Shown: piece by piece, positions 61,992-64,000 of the stretch
Layout: every line of letters begins with the position of its first letter
How positions within the stretch are numbered: position 1 is the first letter of the stretch
Origin: Candidatus Poribacteria bacterium
Lineage (GTDB): Bacteria; Poribacteria; WGA-4E; PCPOR2b
DNA length: 64,000 bases
Assembly: GCA_965208325.1 (NCBI GenBank)
Contig: OZ242326.1
Location: forward strand, 640,001 to 704,000
Direction: 5' to 3'
The notes under the pieces: generated by a model
Seen by the model: only the letters and a program-made list of their open reading frames with translations
The model's database searches: none
Told to the model about the DNA's origin: nothing
Program-made: the position numbers and the translations under genes

Positions 61992-63755
61992 TCACATCTC
62001 CTCAAGCGCTTCAATTCCCAATAACGCCAGGGAATTTCTGATGACAATCGCCGAGGCGCTTACTAACGCCAATCGGGCTGCCGCCAACGCAGCAGGTTCG
62101 GCGGCAAGTACAGGATGCCGGTGATAAAATTGATTCACGGCCCGCGCGGCGGTGAACACATGATTGCAGATACGAGCTAGGGTAAGCTCACCTGCGGCTT
62201 CTGCTACTACGTCCGGAAACTGAATTAACCCGCGAAGGAGTTCCAACTCTTCAGCGTTCCCGAGCAGCGAGAAATCCGGCTCAATAGCAGCGATGCCTCG
62301 ACCCTCTGACTTTCGCAGAATACTGGCACAGCGCGCATAGGCGTATTGACAATAGGGGCCCGTAAATCCGTCAAAGGAGATTGATTCTTTCGGCTCAAAG
62401 TTGATATCAAGTTCAGGGCGCGTGCGTAAAAGGTAGAATTTAATTGCAGCAAGGCCAATGGCATGCGCACGCTTGTGGATTTCTTCATGAGACAGTGTGC
62501 GGTCGGTATCACGCTTCCGAATCTCATCTTCTGCGAGTTGCCGCATCTCTTCAATCAAGTCGTCGGCATCGACCACCGTTCCTTCCCGCGATTTCATCTT
62601 GCCTTCCGGCAGATTAACCATACCGTAGGAGAGATGATAGCATCCATCCGCCCATTCAAAACCGAGCATATTGAGCAGCTTGAAAAGACATTGGAAGTGG
62701 TAATTTTGCTCAGTAGCAACGACGTAGATTGAGCGGTCCGGTTGATGGTCGTCGAACTTTAGCTTCGCTGTCCCCAAGTCCTGCGTGATGTAGACGCTTG
62801 TGCCGTCGTCACGCAGCAGCGTTACGACCTTCTGGCTCCCATCCTTCTCGGCGCCAAACTCATCAATAGGAAGTGGGGCTATGACTGCACCGCTTGCAGC
62901 TTCGTTGAACACGCCATCGTCCAATCCTACCTGAACGAGGTCTTTGCCAAGCGTGTAGGTGTTGGATTCGTAGTAGAATACGTCGAACGCAAAGCCTAGT
63001 TTTCGATAGGTATCCTCGTAACCGCTATACACCCATTGGTTCATCATCTCCCATAGATTAACGGTCGCAGGGTCGCCTGATTCCCATTTTAATAGCATCG
63101 CCTGCACTTCTTCTTGCAGCTGTGGATTCTGTTTGGCTTCCTGATCGTAGCGCACGTACCAATCGCCGACGAAGTGATCACCCTTCATGTTGGCAGATTC
63201 CGGCGTGTCTCCGTTCGCCCACTTACTCCACGCCAGCATGGATTTGCAGATATGCACCCCCCTATCGTTCACAAGGTTTGCTTTAATCACCGTGTGCCCT
63301 GCGGCTTCAAGCAGGTTGGAAACGCCCATACCGAGGACACCGTTTCGAATGTGCCCTAAATGCAACGGTTTGTTGGTGTTAGGCGACAGGTACTCGACCA
63401 TTACCCGACGACCGTTTCCCAAGTTGTTGTTGCCGAAGGCTTTTTTCTTTCGGATTTCAGTACACACGTCCCCAAACAGTAGGCTGTTGTGAAGTTTAAA
63501 ATTCACATACGGCCCATCGGCAGTTACGCTTTGAATTGATTCATTCGGCAGAATTTCCGCGGCAATGGATTGGGCAATGTTTGCAGGATTCTGCCGAAAC
63601 TGCTTCGCCAAGGGGAAACACTCGACCGCAAAATCTCCGAATTCGACGTTCGGGGGATAACTTAGATTTAGATTCTGGGGGCGCTGACCAAACACGGTTT
63701 TACAAGCGGCCTCTATCGCCGATAAAATCTCGGCTTTAATGTTGGCGATCGGCAT
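61992..63755 (-). CDS. argS: Arginine--tRNA ligase
   Basis: EYLSPNTNKPLHLGH, NDRG, GKMKSREG and GPYCQYAYAR. Confidence 0.97.
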   Translation of the reverse strand: MPIANIKAEILSAIEAACKTVFGQRPQNLNLSYPPNVEFGDFAVECFPLAKQFRQNPANIAQSIAAEILPNESIQSVTADGPYVNFKLHNSLLFGDVCTEIRKKKAFGNNNLGNGRRVMVEYLSPNTNKPLHLGHIRNGVLGMGVSNLLEAAGHTVIKANLVNDRGVHICKSMLAWSKWANGDTPESANMKGDHFVGDWYVRYDQEAKQNPQLQEEVQAMLLKWESGDPATVNLWEMMNQWVYSGYEDTYRKLGFAFDVFYYESNTYTLGKDLVQVGLDDGVFNEAASGAVIAPLPIDEFGAEKDGSQKVVTLLRDDGTSVYITQDLGTAKLKFDDHQPDRSIYVVATEQNYHFQCLFKLLNMLGFEWADGCYHLSYGMVNLPEGKMKSREGTVVDADDLIEEMRQLAEDEIRKRDTDRTLSHEEIHKRAHAIGLAAIKFYLLRTRPELDINFEPKESISFDGFTGPYCQYAYARCASILRKSEGRGIAAIEPDFSLLGNAEELELLRGLIQFPDVVAEAAGELTLARICNHVFTAARAVNQFYHRHPVLAAEPAALAAARLALVSASAIVIRNSLALLGIEALEEM

Positions 63756-64000
63756 CAGCCCTCACTTTCGTTTGTTGTATCAGTAGAAACAGGGTTTACG
63801 TCCTCGCCAAAATCGATATCGTTGTCCGCAAACGCATCAAAATCTTCATCGTACTCATCATAATCAACTTCGACCTCTACATCGGGTACTTCAATTGTAG
63901 GAGCTTCGCGCCAGAGTCGTTCAAGATTGTAATACTCACGCTTTTCATCCAAAAAGATGTGCACAACAAAATCGACATAGTCCAACAAAATCCAATCTGA
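63755..64000 (-). CDS. rsfS: Ribosome silencing factor (iojap), 5' part outside the window
   Basis: WILLDY.D.VVHIF...REYYNLERLW; TGATG overlap with the argS start. Confidence 0.9.
   Translation of the reverse strand, partial: SDWILLDYVDFVVHIFLDEKREYYNLERLWREAPTIEVPDVEVEVDYDEYDEDFDAFADNDIDFGEDVNPVSTDTTNESEG

Overview
A 64-kb bacterial chromosomal window with dense genes. It most likely comes from Candidatus Poribacteria or a relative; this is inferred from multiple LamG proteins ending in a V-x-P-x-x-K-L-x-x-x-W-x-x-I/L/V-K tail, PhyH dioxygenases, a DUF6785-like membrane protein and REP-rich spacers. Housekeeping genes: coaE, metG, holA, moxR, hup, nfo, katG, acs, argS and a partial rsfS. 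There are two catabolic clusters: 1.4-11.8 kb (LamG/PhyH/isomerase/transporter/Zn-ADH/BKACE) and 46.5-57.7 kb (LamG/SDR/two GH95-like/GH151-like/isomerase). An accessory stretch at 38-43 kb holds an SBD-HNH nuclease, a degenerate methyltransferase, HAD, NUDIX and CPBP genes. Many composite REP-like repeat clusters occur, including a ~421-bp tandem array at the left edge. The most striking unannotated signal is upstream of metG: a sigma70 promoter, a 17-codon leader ORF (MKRFAILSNMGMSMCSS) with three internal Met codons, and mutually exclusive 1:2, 2:3 and 3:4 RNA pairings ending in an intrinsic terminator. This is a candidate methionine-sensing, ribosome-mediated transcription attenuator. No rRNA, tRNA, CRISPR array or intact transposase was seen. 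All family calls come from motif recognition by eye, not database searches.
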